DNA of 64,000 bases from assembly GCA_030141605.1 (NCBI GenBank), contig JAQGDQ010000007.1, positions 1,537,173 to 1,601,172 on the forward strand, written 5' to 3'. A program made the translations under genes and the position numbers. This document shows, piece by piece, positions 44,929-55,285 of the stretch (the stretch's first letter is position 1; each line of letters begins with the position of its first letter). The stretch comes from Tubiluchus corallicola (taxonomy: Eukaryota > Animalia > Priapulida). The notes below the pieces were generated by a model. The model worked only from the letters and a program-made list of their open reading frames with translations, did not search any database and was not told where the DNA came from.

Positions 44929-46734
44929 CTATACAGAAGTTGCCCAAGAGACAGGCCGTTCTTTTTTGCCTTCATTATGCTTTTCTATTAGTTTTGTCCG
45001 GCCTTCACTTTCAACTACCGGATTTTGGTTTTTACCGAGCGATGCATCCAGTGGAACATTAGCATCAACTTCCTCCCGCCACAAGTGATCAGTTTTTTGT
45101 CCATCAGAAAACTCTTCCTCATGTGTGTAGTAAGTGATTTCTCGTCTTTTCCAGAAAATGGCTATTAGTATTGCCAACAACACAGCAATGACCATAACTG
45201 CAATTGCAACTCCAAGTCTTGCATCCATGTTTAAGCGTTTAGCTCTAAACACCATAGGGCATGTCGCAATATGACTTGCATTCAAATTTCTGATGTACAT
45301 CCCAGCATACTCTGCAGGTGTTGCACATTTTAAGCAAGTGATGTGTTTTGGATCAGAAGTACAGTTAACTGGATACAATTCCTGAATCCACTCATACACC
45401 GGACGAATTACACAGTTACAGTGCCATGGGTTATCGCTAAGAGAAACACTAACTGTCTTTAATTCATCAACAAGGTCAACATCAAGTTGAAAAAATGAGT
45501 TGCCACTCAGGTCTATATGGCAAGAATACACAGAAAGGTCTTTTACAATCTTTGGATCAAAAGTTGATAGGTTATTGTTCCTGAGAATAAGTTGACTCAG
45601 TCTTAGAATGTATGGAATGGAACTGCGTGGCAGCTCACTCAAGCTGCAGTTTGTAAGGTTAAGCACCACTAGCTCTGATAACATATTGAGCAAAAGGTCT
45701 AGTTTTTCTACATCAAGCTGATTTCCACTTAAGTCTATCTCTTCCAACCTACCAGAAATCGGTGCAAGAATGTTGGGATCAATTTCATCCCAATTGTTAT
45801 AAGCAAGGGATATACTTCGAGTCGTCAAACCTTCCAGAGAACTGGGTAGGATACCTTCACTGAGCCTGTTATGAGACAAGCTCAGCACATCTAAACTGAG
45901 TCCCTCAAATAAGTTATCAGGAATGCTAATTAGTTCATTATCATCAAGGTACAGCTCTTTTAACATCTTCAGACGTTTGGAGAAAACTCCTTTTTTAAAC
46001 GGATGCAGCCGATTACTGCTTAAGTTCAAATACTCAAGATTTGCCATATATTTGAATGTGTCCTCGTGTATGCCAGTTAAATTACAATTGCTTGCGTGTA
46101 GTTTCCTTAAACTATGTTGCACATCAAGGAACACATCTTTGTCTAAATACCTTATCGGATTATCATTGAGAACTAGTGTTTCCAAATTATTTAGCTCCAA
46201 GAAGAATCTTGCGGGAAGCAAGTGAAGATCATTTCTGCCCATATTTAGGTACCGAAGTTGGGGCAGTGGTGCAAATTGTCCAGAAGCTATCTCTGATATA
46301 TTATTACTATACAAGTTCAAATGTGTCACCAAAGAAATGCCAATCAGTTTCTTTTCACTGATGTGAGAAATGTTATTATAACTTAAATCTAACACCACGC
46401 AGCTGGATAAACCATAGAATGCATACTCTGCAATGCCATTAAGATTAGAATGTGTAATACGAAGCTGCTCGATGTTTGGATACTTTCTAAATGTCGCCTT
46501 TGGAATGCCATGAATGTAGTTGGAGCCGTTTTCGGGTGCACCGATTGTAAGTATATTCGTCCGAACATCAAACCCCTGTGGGATACTAGTCAGTCCACCT
46601 TTAACACATAGTGTTTGATGCCTTCTATTTTCCACAATGCTGCATTCACATTCTGCTGGGCACTTGAAGCAACAAACCTGCTTCTTGCTGATTGTCAGCA
46701 AAATGACGATCATCAATGTTAGAAATCCCGCCAT
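44929..46734 (-). CDS. Type-I transmembrane leucine-rich-repeat protein (signal peptide, LRRNT, about 14-15 LRRs, LRRCT, TM, short tail), 601 aa
   Basis: Uninterrupted ORF with hydrophobic N-terminus, CPAECEC LRRNT, repeated LxxLxLxxNxL, NPWHCNC...C LRRCT, TM LGVAIAVMVIAVLLAILIAIFW followed by KRR, and C-terminal WATSV. A splice acceptor TGTTTCAG 27 nt upstream of the ATG implies an upstream non-coding exon. Confidence 0.95.
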   Translation of the reverse strand: MAGFLTLMIVILLTISKKQVCCFKCPAECECSIVENRRHQTLCVKGGLTSIPQGFDVRTNILTIGAPENGSNYIHGIPKATFRKYPNIEQLRITHSNLNGIAEYAFYGLSSCVVLDLSYNNISHISEKKLIGISLVTHLNLYSNNISEIASGQFAPLPQLRYLNMGRNDLHLLPARFFLELNNLETLVLNDNPIRYLDKDVFLDVQHSLRKLHASNCNLTGIHEDTFKYMANLEYLNLSSNRLHPFKKGVFSKRLKMLKELYLDDNELISIPDNLFEGLSLDVLSLSHNRLSEGILPSSLEGLTTRSISLAYNNWDEIDPNILAPISGRLEEIDLSGNQLDVEKLDLLLNMLSELVVLNLTNCSLSELPRSSIPYILRLSQLILRNNNLSTFDPKIVKDLSVYSCHIDLSGNSFFQLDVDLVDELKTVSVSLSDNPWHCNCVIRPVYEWIQELYPVNCTSDPKHITCLKCATPAEYAGMYIRNLNASHIATCPMVFRAKRLNMDARLGVAIAVMVIAVLLAILIAIFWKRREITYYTHEEEFSDGQKTDHLWREEVDANVPLDASLGKNQNPVVESEGRTKLIEKHNEGKKERPVSWATSV

Positions 46735-48764
46735 GCTTCTTCCTCATTCATAGTTTATAACCTGAAACACAGAATAGGTTAGCTTTCTCTCGCAGCTTAA
46801 TTATTTCTGATGAAGCGATTGCGTTTATTAGTTTTACTATGTTTGTCCACTCCCACCAAATTCCAAACTTACGTTTGTTGACGGAGAGAGTAATAAACAT
46901 TCTCTTAATAAACATCCACTTACTCGGCAAGACGCCAATTCTCATTCTCGTAAAAGGAAAAATGCCAGAGCATCGTATCAATTTTGAAATATCGTGATAG
47001 AAACAAGAACGACACTGACAAAAACTCAAAGAGAGTACCCAAATGTAAAGCAGTTTTCTTTATAATAGCTAACAGCGAGACTATAAAGTTTAATCTACGT
47101 ATAATGCACTATGCTTGTGTCTGGACGTAATTCTAAATGCGCTAGAAACCGGGCAACACTTCACAAATCATTTTACATTCCTTGAAGCGAAAGCGGCCAT
47201 CATGCTTAACAGCTGTTGCAGCTTTCTTCACTTTGAGCGTCATAAAGGTTTGAACTTTAGAAATTTAGGTTAACTCATTATGCGTAAAGTGGCTGTAGGT
47301 CATGATCAATTAGGCTATTAATTATATGATAGTTTAATTTAATACATAAATTTTTATTTAGTACAAAAAAGAACGAGCGCTGTTCAGTAACAACTCGCCC
47401 CAAGTGGGATTTCACCATCGTCTTCTATATCTAAACAGACATGCCACGCGCGATATCTGATTTAGCAAGCGGACGATTTTAGGCTCTGCATAAATAATCA
47501 AACAACAGTAGCTTTCTGTTTAAGTGTGGCTGAAGCCAAGTTATTGCGGATTCATTATAGCACCACGATGCCTGACCTTGGTTGATTGAATAAAACAGGC
47601 CTTGGTTATGTCCATGTGCACAAAACTGACTTAGCATTTGAAACATCGCTTTACGCAAATTGAAAAGGCTGTATTGTAGTTTCAGAGTGATGGAACGTAT
47701 ATATAAGCGTTATGTAACTCTGTCTTACAGGCGGGATACGTTGATCATTTAATGTGAAGATGATGAGGCTGGTAAGACCTGCATATTATGTATTTGCTAA
47801 CAATTCAGTAATAAAAACCTACACACCAGTAAAGCAGTTATCGGTATTTATTTAGGACCTAATTATGTAATAACGAGGGTCTGTACCTAAAAGAAAATCT
47901 GTACTCACATACTCATGGCATTAAGCACGTAATCCGAAGATTCCTAGTTCAAATTCAAACTGAGCCTAGTTCTTCTCATTTCGATCATTTCGGCGTCCTA
48001 ACGTTTGATTTCAAAAATCCAGAAACTAAAGACATGCATTGTTATTTAATATTGATATTAAGGTCATTAATAGTTGCCTATTTCTAAAAATCTCATTTTT
48101 TGACACATTTGGCAGTACATTTTGCTGTGTTAATGTGGATTGGTATTGTTTTAGCCACTAATTAGTTTTTTAGTTTTGTGCTTTCACGACAACGTAGAGC
48201 CCTAGCAGTATTTAAAAGCTATGCTGTGCGCTCAAAATAATAGTGTTGCTCAAATGTTGATCTCTCTAGACTACCGAAGTCTGTAACTCACAATAAACTT
48301 CACAAAACTGAAGATATTTCTGCTACATCGCCTTGCAGAACGTCGCCATAAAACACTGCCCTATTGATCGTCTACATTTAAAAGCCAGCACATTTCTCAA
48401 ATTTTACTCAGAAACATTGCTGAAGCCATGTATATTGTCTGCACATTCCTCGACGTTTGCTTCAATATTTATCTTGTTTATTTTCAATTCGGATTCAACG
48501 AGTATTTGGAAAACTTATGCCGTCTGATAATAATATTAATAGACAGAATTATTAATTTGCCAGCTGGCGGTGTGATACAAGTCACGAGTCATTCGAAATT
48601 AATGTATAATTGGCCTAGATTTGATAGTCAGTCATGCAAGCAGCTGAGAATTGTTATAAGAACTCGAATTTCATGGCGTAACTTTTTAAGAGATTGCTTA
48701 TGAAGCCACTTTTATCGTAATACGTTTCATTGTATGTATTATAAAATTGATTCAATTGCCTTAA

Positions 48765-48969
48765 GTGGCATTTATCTGGCATCCGGAATGCGTTACGCAT
48801 TATCCACTTACGAAATAGCAGCGTATAAAAATCAATAGGAAATAGCTGCAGAAAAAATAACGCATAACGCAGGTCTGATAAACGGGTGCGTTGAAAACAA
48901 TATAAGCCAATTTTGTCTAGTCCGCATTCGCATAATGCATATGCATTCCGGATGCCAGGTAAACGCCAC
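48765..48969 (+). mobile_element. MITE, probably PIF/Harbinger-type, copy A
   Basis: TIRs GTGGCATTTATCTGGCATCCGGAATGC / GCATTCCGGATGCCAGGTAAACGCCAC, flanked by TTAA on both sides. Confidence 0.85.
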
Positions 48970-49145
48970 TTAAGTTGACGTAGAGTTTTTAGGTAATCCA
49001 ATTATGTTTGCCTCTTTTATTAACAATCTTTTAAATTTTAGCCTTTTGATATTTTGTCGGATTTTGAAGCTGAAAATCGGTGTCAATTAGGAAGAAAAAA
49101 GGAAAGCAAATAAAACCACTACGCCTAGTGATTTACTTTATTAAA

Positions 49146-49337
49146 ATGGCGTTTAGCTAGCATCAGGAATGCGCATGCGTTGTAGATGAGGAATAGATAA
49201 AATCGGTTTATATTGTTTTCAATGTACCCTTTCATCAGACCTGTGTTATGCGTTAGTTTTTCTGCAGCTATTTCCTATTTTTATGCGCTGCTATTCCGCA
49301 GATGGATAACGCATAACGCATTCCAGGTAAACGCCAT
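49146..49337 (-). mobile_element. Same MITE family, copy B, in opposite orientation
   Basis: Internal sequence is the reverse complement of copy A (e.g. TTTTTCTGCAGCTATTTCCTATT vs AATAGGAAATAGCTGCAGAAAAA). Termini ATGGCGTTTA...TAAACGCCAT|TTAA. Confidence 0.8.
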
Positions 49338-50551
49338 TTAAGGCTTTTTTTAATTAAATTAGCACCACGAATTTGAATGAATAAACAGCGGAAGTTAGTT
49401 GATTAAATATATTCGCGAGTTTTATTAATCTATCGTCACATGTTCACTCCTCAACTTCACAATTGTATGAAACTAATTACGGCTGCTATTATATTGTCAT
49501 TTATTTATCAATCTTCATCAAAAAATAATTATCATTTGGCTGATCACACTGGTGGATATGCTCGGAAACGTATACGCTAATTTACCCCACCAAATCATTT
49601 TTTATAATTAACTTTTCGACTAGTTATTGATCATAAAGTAATAAAAGAGGGGGTTAGATTGCTTATTGCCATAAGCAGCTACAGCTTGAGGACGCGTTGT
49701 ATAATACACAAGAATATTGTTGTCACAGATACAGCTTTATATTTACCCCCAAATGAAATAGCATTTATATATACATAGAGACTGAGTAAACATCGTGTCA
49801 TGTTTTCTTTACCAATCCAAGTCATCTACTGACTAATTACAGTAACACTGCCTATATGTGTTACACCTCTGAACATGCATGATACATGTCCACAATAGGG
49901 TTATATTGTCCCAAATCTTCGCAACTTCAAATTCCCACAGTTAAAGAATGTGCCTGCGTAGCTAATGCTTGTCAGAGAAATTTTTCTGACAGTTTTTCCT
50001 GTCTAAATTTTTTAGGTAGCAGGTGCTATCGAAACAGTATGTTCAATTCTCTTCAATGTTTAAAAGGTAATGAGTTGAACTGTTTACTGTTTTGTTGCAA
50101 CGCAGTAGACTTTTGAATCTTCGAGCTGTTATCTGTGACTTGAATTCTGATTTGCCGCGAGCATTCTTTCACGTCGGATATTTTCCAACATTGCCGTGAG
50201 ATTTTAGTTAGTGAAACTTAAAGCAACAGAGCAGTCACGCAGTCAGACATACTATAATCAGATTGCACAGATATTTCTCAAAAGCTAGATTCCAGAAAAG
50301 CGCACACTAACATACAAACTACTACACATACTTTTCAACAGCACTCAGGCACAAAACAGATCACTGTTTGAAAACCTAACATGCTCTTTTTCTTGTTCTC
50401 ACAATTATTTTTTACACAACTGTATAATTGATTTGCCTTTATTTCGAAAGTAAACTTGACAAGGGCTAACAGGTTAGAAAAACTATTAGTTGGTTTTTAG
50501 GAGCATTCCATGCAACAAACGAAAAGCATGTGTGTTTGTGTGTAAATTTAA

Positions 50552-51120
50552 CCCTTTCAACACGGTATGTACAAATCGGTTATGAATTATATTTTTGCTG
50601 ATGCATTTTTTATTCATTACAACAAGTTTCTTATACTGATATCAGTAATGAAACTAGCCTATAATTCAATTGAAATTTTGAACTGTGAACTGAGCAACAT
50701 CGGTATTTCTGTCATTTTTTCAGACAGGGAATGATCTGCAAAAAAAACAAACATTTCAAATCTCGTTGCATCTTAACTTTTTCAAACAGCAAAAAATGCA
50801 GTATCAGAAAAAATAGCCAAAAAAAATCACAAACTTTTGTCATTATGGTGTACTGAGTCAGGATTTTCAAATGCAGAAAAAGCTTTCTTATAACAAAATT
50901 AGGGAATACTTTTTGTGTTTAAACTTAAAAATGGTGATTGCAAACTTTTCGACAATTAAAATTGCGTTAATCTGGCCCTTTTTCCACATATACAATAAGT
51001 GACTTTGTTTCTGTACACGTAGTTGAATTGTGTTAAGTGTTAGCAATAATTAAAATTTATTTTTATTATAGTAAATAGCACGGTCTTTTCATTTCTGCTA
51101 GCAGCGAGAGAGTGAAAGGG
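50552..51120. mobile_element. piggyBac-type non-autonomous element
   Basis: TTAA|CCCTTTCA ... TGAAAGGG|TAAA: CCC/GGG termini with one intact and one mutated TTAA. Confidence 0.55.
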
Positions 51121-51825
51121 TAAACAATACACTAACAACACCTTACAACAGCTCAATCCTTACTGCTCACGAGCAATTACACGAATGACAATCAGGAAGC
51201 TTTATTGGCCTCTGAAGATACACAGCACTCCATAGTCAACATTAATGAAGAAGTCGTATGATATACGCTCGCATTAGAACGACATTTATTGCCAGAATAT
51301 GTATATTTATATCTTTAGAAACGACTGTCTCTACGGGATAGGAGCAATTGATGAGGTAGATGATGGGGTATAGATGAGATACATGTATAATCGAGCAGAT
51401 TAATCATTAACTACATGAAACAGTCAAGAGTATAAATTACGTGGAATTGATTTAAAGAGAAATTAGTTTAATTCCACAATCTTAAGTTTATAACTGCTCT
51501 TCAAAGTCCTCATTATGAATGTTTTGAGCCAATGTAGTTTACAGTATCTTCATATTTGTACAGTTTTCTTAATTCCCTTTCATACTTAAACAGTTTCCTA
51601 TAGGCTATAGTATTTCAGACTATTTGGACTGAGATTGTTTGCTTGGTTATTTTGTGATGTTAGTCAACCGGATCACGTTAAAACAGTTTACCGAAACTCA
51701 AACCAACTTTAGAATTAATCTCAAGTAAAATGAGTTAAATTTCTACAATCACTTCTTAGTAATCAAAATGAGCACTTTTCTTTGATGGCAATGTTACTAA
51801 TATGAAACCTATTGTACAATCCTAA

Positions 51826-52110
51826 AAGAAGAAGAAGAAGAAGAAGATTGCCTCATTCCCAATGGCGTAAGAATAAATGGTCATGACAGCTATTATTCGT
51901 AACCTCAACACGTAAGGAGGACAGTGGTAAGCCAACCCCCCCCTTCCCCATTACCTAACCAGGTACCCAATTAAGGCTGAGTAGACCCACGAAATATGAC
52001 CAGAGAGCCACTGTTAGAGTGGAATAGCTCGAAAAACACAAACACCGACATACGTCAGATTCCGATTCTGAATCGACTGCCAACCACCGTATCACTTCAT
52101 CACCCGCCGT
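51826..52110 (-). mobile_element. SINE with conserved central domain and (TTC)n tail
   Basis: Minus strand reads GTCTACTCAGCCTTAATTGGGTACCTGG, like the central domain of widespread invertebrate tRNA-derived SINEs, and ends in (TTC)n at about 51826-51846. Confidence 0.55.
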
Positions 52111-52439
52111 CCTCACTAGAAAAGTTAAACATCAGTCACCAGATACGGCGATAGTGACACTATAATAATCAGTTTATTCTATTAAAAAGCATTGTATTTT
52201 TGATAATATCTGCAATTTGCGTTGTGCACTGTACAGTGCGCATTTAGGTAATACAAGTGCAAGAAAAACGAGGGGAATTGAACCCAAGTCCAGCAATGAC
52301 CCTGAAATTTGTTAAGAGGTAACCCATCATGCTTAACGCTAATTAATAATTAACAGAATTAATGTGCCACTTACATATATTATATCAATTACAGGACATA
52401 TACAGTTATTCATTGTTGTGCTTTACTTAAATACAGGCG

Positions 52440-52860
52440 CTGTGTTTTATCGGTGAGCTTCAAATAAAACACGCCAGGTGAACATCTCAGGGCAGCACCA
52501 GGCGAACCCGAACTCGGCGTCGTCGTTGTTGTGGTCTCTTTTCACAAAAGCTGTCATGAAGCACGTATTATTCTGTGCCAGTTCGTCCTAGGAAAATTTC
52601 TTAAAGCAAAAACTGGGTTGCGGAAATCCGCGTGTAGTGCAGTTTCCTTGTGCCGAACAATCTGAAAAACCCTATTAATGATTCGCACGATTTTGATGCC
52701 GGAAGTTCGGTTAACGTAGCTGATTAATGTTTTACTTTCGGGCGGGGCCGCAACAAAAACCATTAAATTTTGCCGTAATGGACTTTTAATGTTAAATTAA
52801 AGTCACCGGAAGCACAAGTTTTTCAGAATCATTCGGGGTTACGTTTCACCGAGAATTACC
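52440..52860. promoter_or_regulatory. CpG-rich candidate promoter/enhancer with ETS and GC-box motifs
   Basis: Locally CpG-dense. CCGGAAGT at 52699-52706, ACCGGAAGC at 52805-52813, GCGGAAAT at 52620-52627 and GGGCGGGGC at 52740-52748. Confidence 0.4.
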
Positions 52861-54854
52861 ATAATAATGTATCGATAAATGCCATAAATCATTTCTACGT
52901 ACGCTTCTTTACTTAATTTTCTTTCGAAAACATCCACAACAAATTTTAAACCAATTATTGTTAACAAGTAAATAAGAAATTAAACAAGTATGATGCTTAA
53001 TTGCATTCACATGACAATTTTACAACAATAAAATATAAATGGACAAAGAAAGGACATTTTATATCCTATTCAGTAGAGTCAGGCGATTTTCAATGATTAT
53101 AGACTTAAATAATTAACCAGTAATTTTTTTTAAAGTCACGTGATTTATTCCGTACATGATCAATTTGCAGCTAGATTTATTCTACAAAAGTCCGTACAGT
53201 CTTCATATAACAAATATTACAGCATGTATTTTGAAGCCCTTAAAATGGCGAACCAAGCATGAAAACAGCTGAGCAGTGAGCAAACACTACTCTGCCGCCT
53301 CGGACACATTAAATACACAGAGCATGGCTTCAACCGAAATTCTCCACTTATCTTACCAAAATAAAGCCCTCTGGTTGAACCCTACTGCAAGTCGAAATTT
53401 TGCTACCATCATCACGATTCTGCAGTTGTTGTTAATGGTTTTCTAAAATTGCAAGATAAACCGTATTCACGTGACATAGGGAGAAGTGTAATCTAATTTG
53501 ATATACATTTAGGATATTAACAGTGTTATTGATGCGTATAGTTCTTTACAGTAATTTTTGATCGGCTGCATCTGCACGAATGTACATTTACTATTAAAGT
53601 CATAAAATTTCTATTAATACACTATTCAAAATACTGTTTGTACTCTGCAAACAAACTGAAGGTGAACACAAGCTTAACCACCTACTGCAGCCAATTACAT
53701 GACAGACTTCTTTACGACGTGAGATTCATTAATGCAGAACGAAATAACGAGCTGTGACAAACTGAAGTGTTTAAATGCTAAGCTTTGCGGTGAAAATAGC
53801 ATAAACATTTAGATAGAGTGTACATACCGTGTCCCTTGCTTATACAAATAGAGAATCTTACTTGCTATGAGAGCTGGGAACTACATACGCGACATTGACA
53901 ATGGGTGGAAACCAATTTGTGCTGAAGCCAGCTATGAATGTCGTTAATGCAACAATGGGCAAGGAAACAAGTTCCAATGGAGCATTCTAGCAGCAAAAGC
54001 CTCAATACAGCACCTAGTACAGTGTAGCTGATCAAATGCCCTTGCATAGTGCAATAAGGCCACTGTACTATTGCACTCTGTCTTCAATCTCTAATGGTAT
54101 ATTGAATTCAGCTGGGGCTAAGACTAAATGGCCAGTGTTCGCAGCCCAAATGCATAAAACCGGCACTGCTAAAATCTGTGTAAAAGCACGTCATTGAAAC
54201 TAGTTACCCAGAGTATAGTAGGCATAAGTAAATCTGCACTACAGATCCCTATACACCAAAATAGTTATCCTAGCTCTCTTCCTACGGCTCATTAACATAA
54301 CGTAATCGTATAAATGGGCATAAAGCTCGGAGTAACTTGGAATTTCAGCTGTTTTATTTTTAGAAAAGCGCGCGAATTCTTACTATTAAACCAACAAATA
54401 TATAGGGCTAATGCGATGGACCTGCCTCAAAAACTGCATGACTTCGTGCACGGGCTTATAAATATTTATAGCTTAACAAAGAAGTTGAGGACCCTCTAAT
54501 GTCACTATCCAATTTACAGCAATTTAACTATGTATACAAAGAAATAGAGTTGTTTGAACGTCAATAAATGAATTGCAAAGTTAAATCTCAACCCCTCCCG
54601 GATTAATTTATCAACACATAAGACTCGTTGCTCAATATACTGACTGCAACAATGTTACACATTTTAAAGCTTGCTACAGGACGTGATTTCTGGTGAATTA
54701 TTCTTCAAAACTGTACTTCACCCCTTAGGCCTACTAACAAAATATGGGAAGGTATACGATACTCCGTTAGCAAGGATGACTGACCAGTAACTAATTGCAA
54801 ATAAAATAGACAACTATTAGACATAAAGTACAGACTGAATTGACTTGATATTAA

Positions 54855-55285
54855 AGGACAAGAAAAAATTCTTCATAAATAAGGTTCGTCTTAAAATACT
54901 GTATCACTTAGATGCTGTCTTATTGCTTACGTTAGCAGTAACACTGCGTAGAACTTGTAAATTTAAACTTCGGCGTAAAATTTGAAAACATAATTAGAAC
55001 ATTCGTAGCGCACTAATCGCTATTTAAGCAAACTACTTTATATCGTCAACAGGATCAACAACGTGTTTTTTGGTGAGCCAATGGTGCAACAGTGAAATTT
55101 TATCAGTTTGAATTATTTGAATTACCAGCGTGAACATTTTGAATTATTAAGAAAATTATTCTCCAAATTCACACGTCTTTCATATAAGCAAGTGTAAAGT
55201 AAAGAAATATAACTGTAACGTAATATAAATATGTATGTAATATAAGATTTTTGGGCTATATATTTAAACTTTCTTTCTTCCTTAG
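54855..55285 (+). mobile_element. Divergent Kolobok-like element
   Basis: Begins TTAA|AGGACAAGAAAA, the same terminus as the Kolobok-like family. Internal sequence is divergent and the right end is uncertain. Confidence 0.35.

Noticed and set aside
48870-48925. CTGAT(G/A)A...GAAA hammerhead-like core inside the MITE
   Set aside because: Stems I and III do not form and the core differs between the two copies.
51352-51375. let-7-like sequence TGAGGTAGATGATGGGGTATAGAT
   Set aside because: No complementary arm to form a pre-miRNA hairpin; purine-rich low-complexity context.
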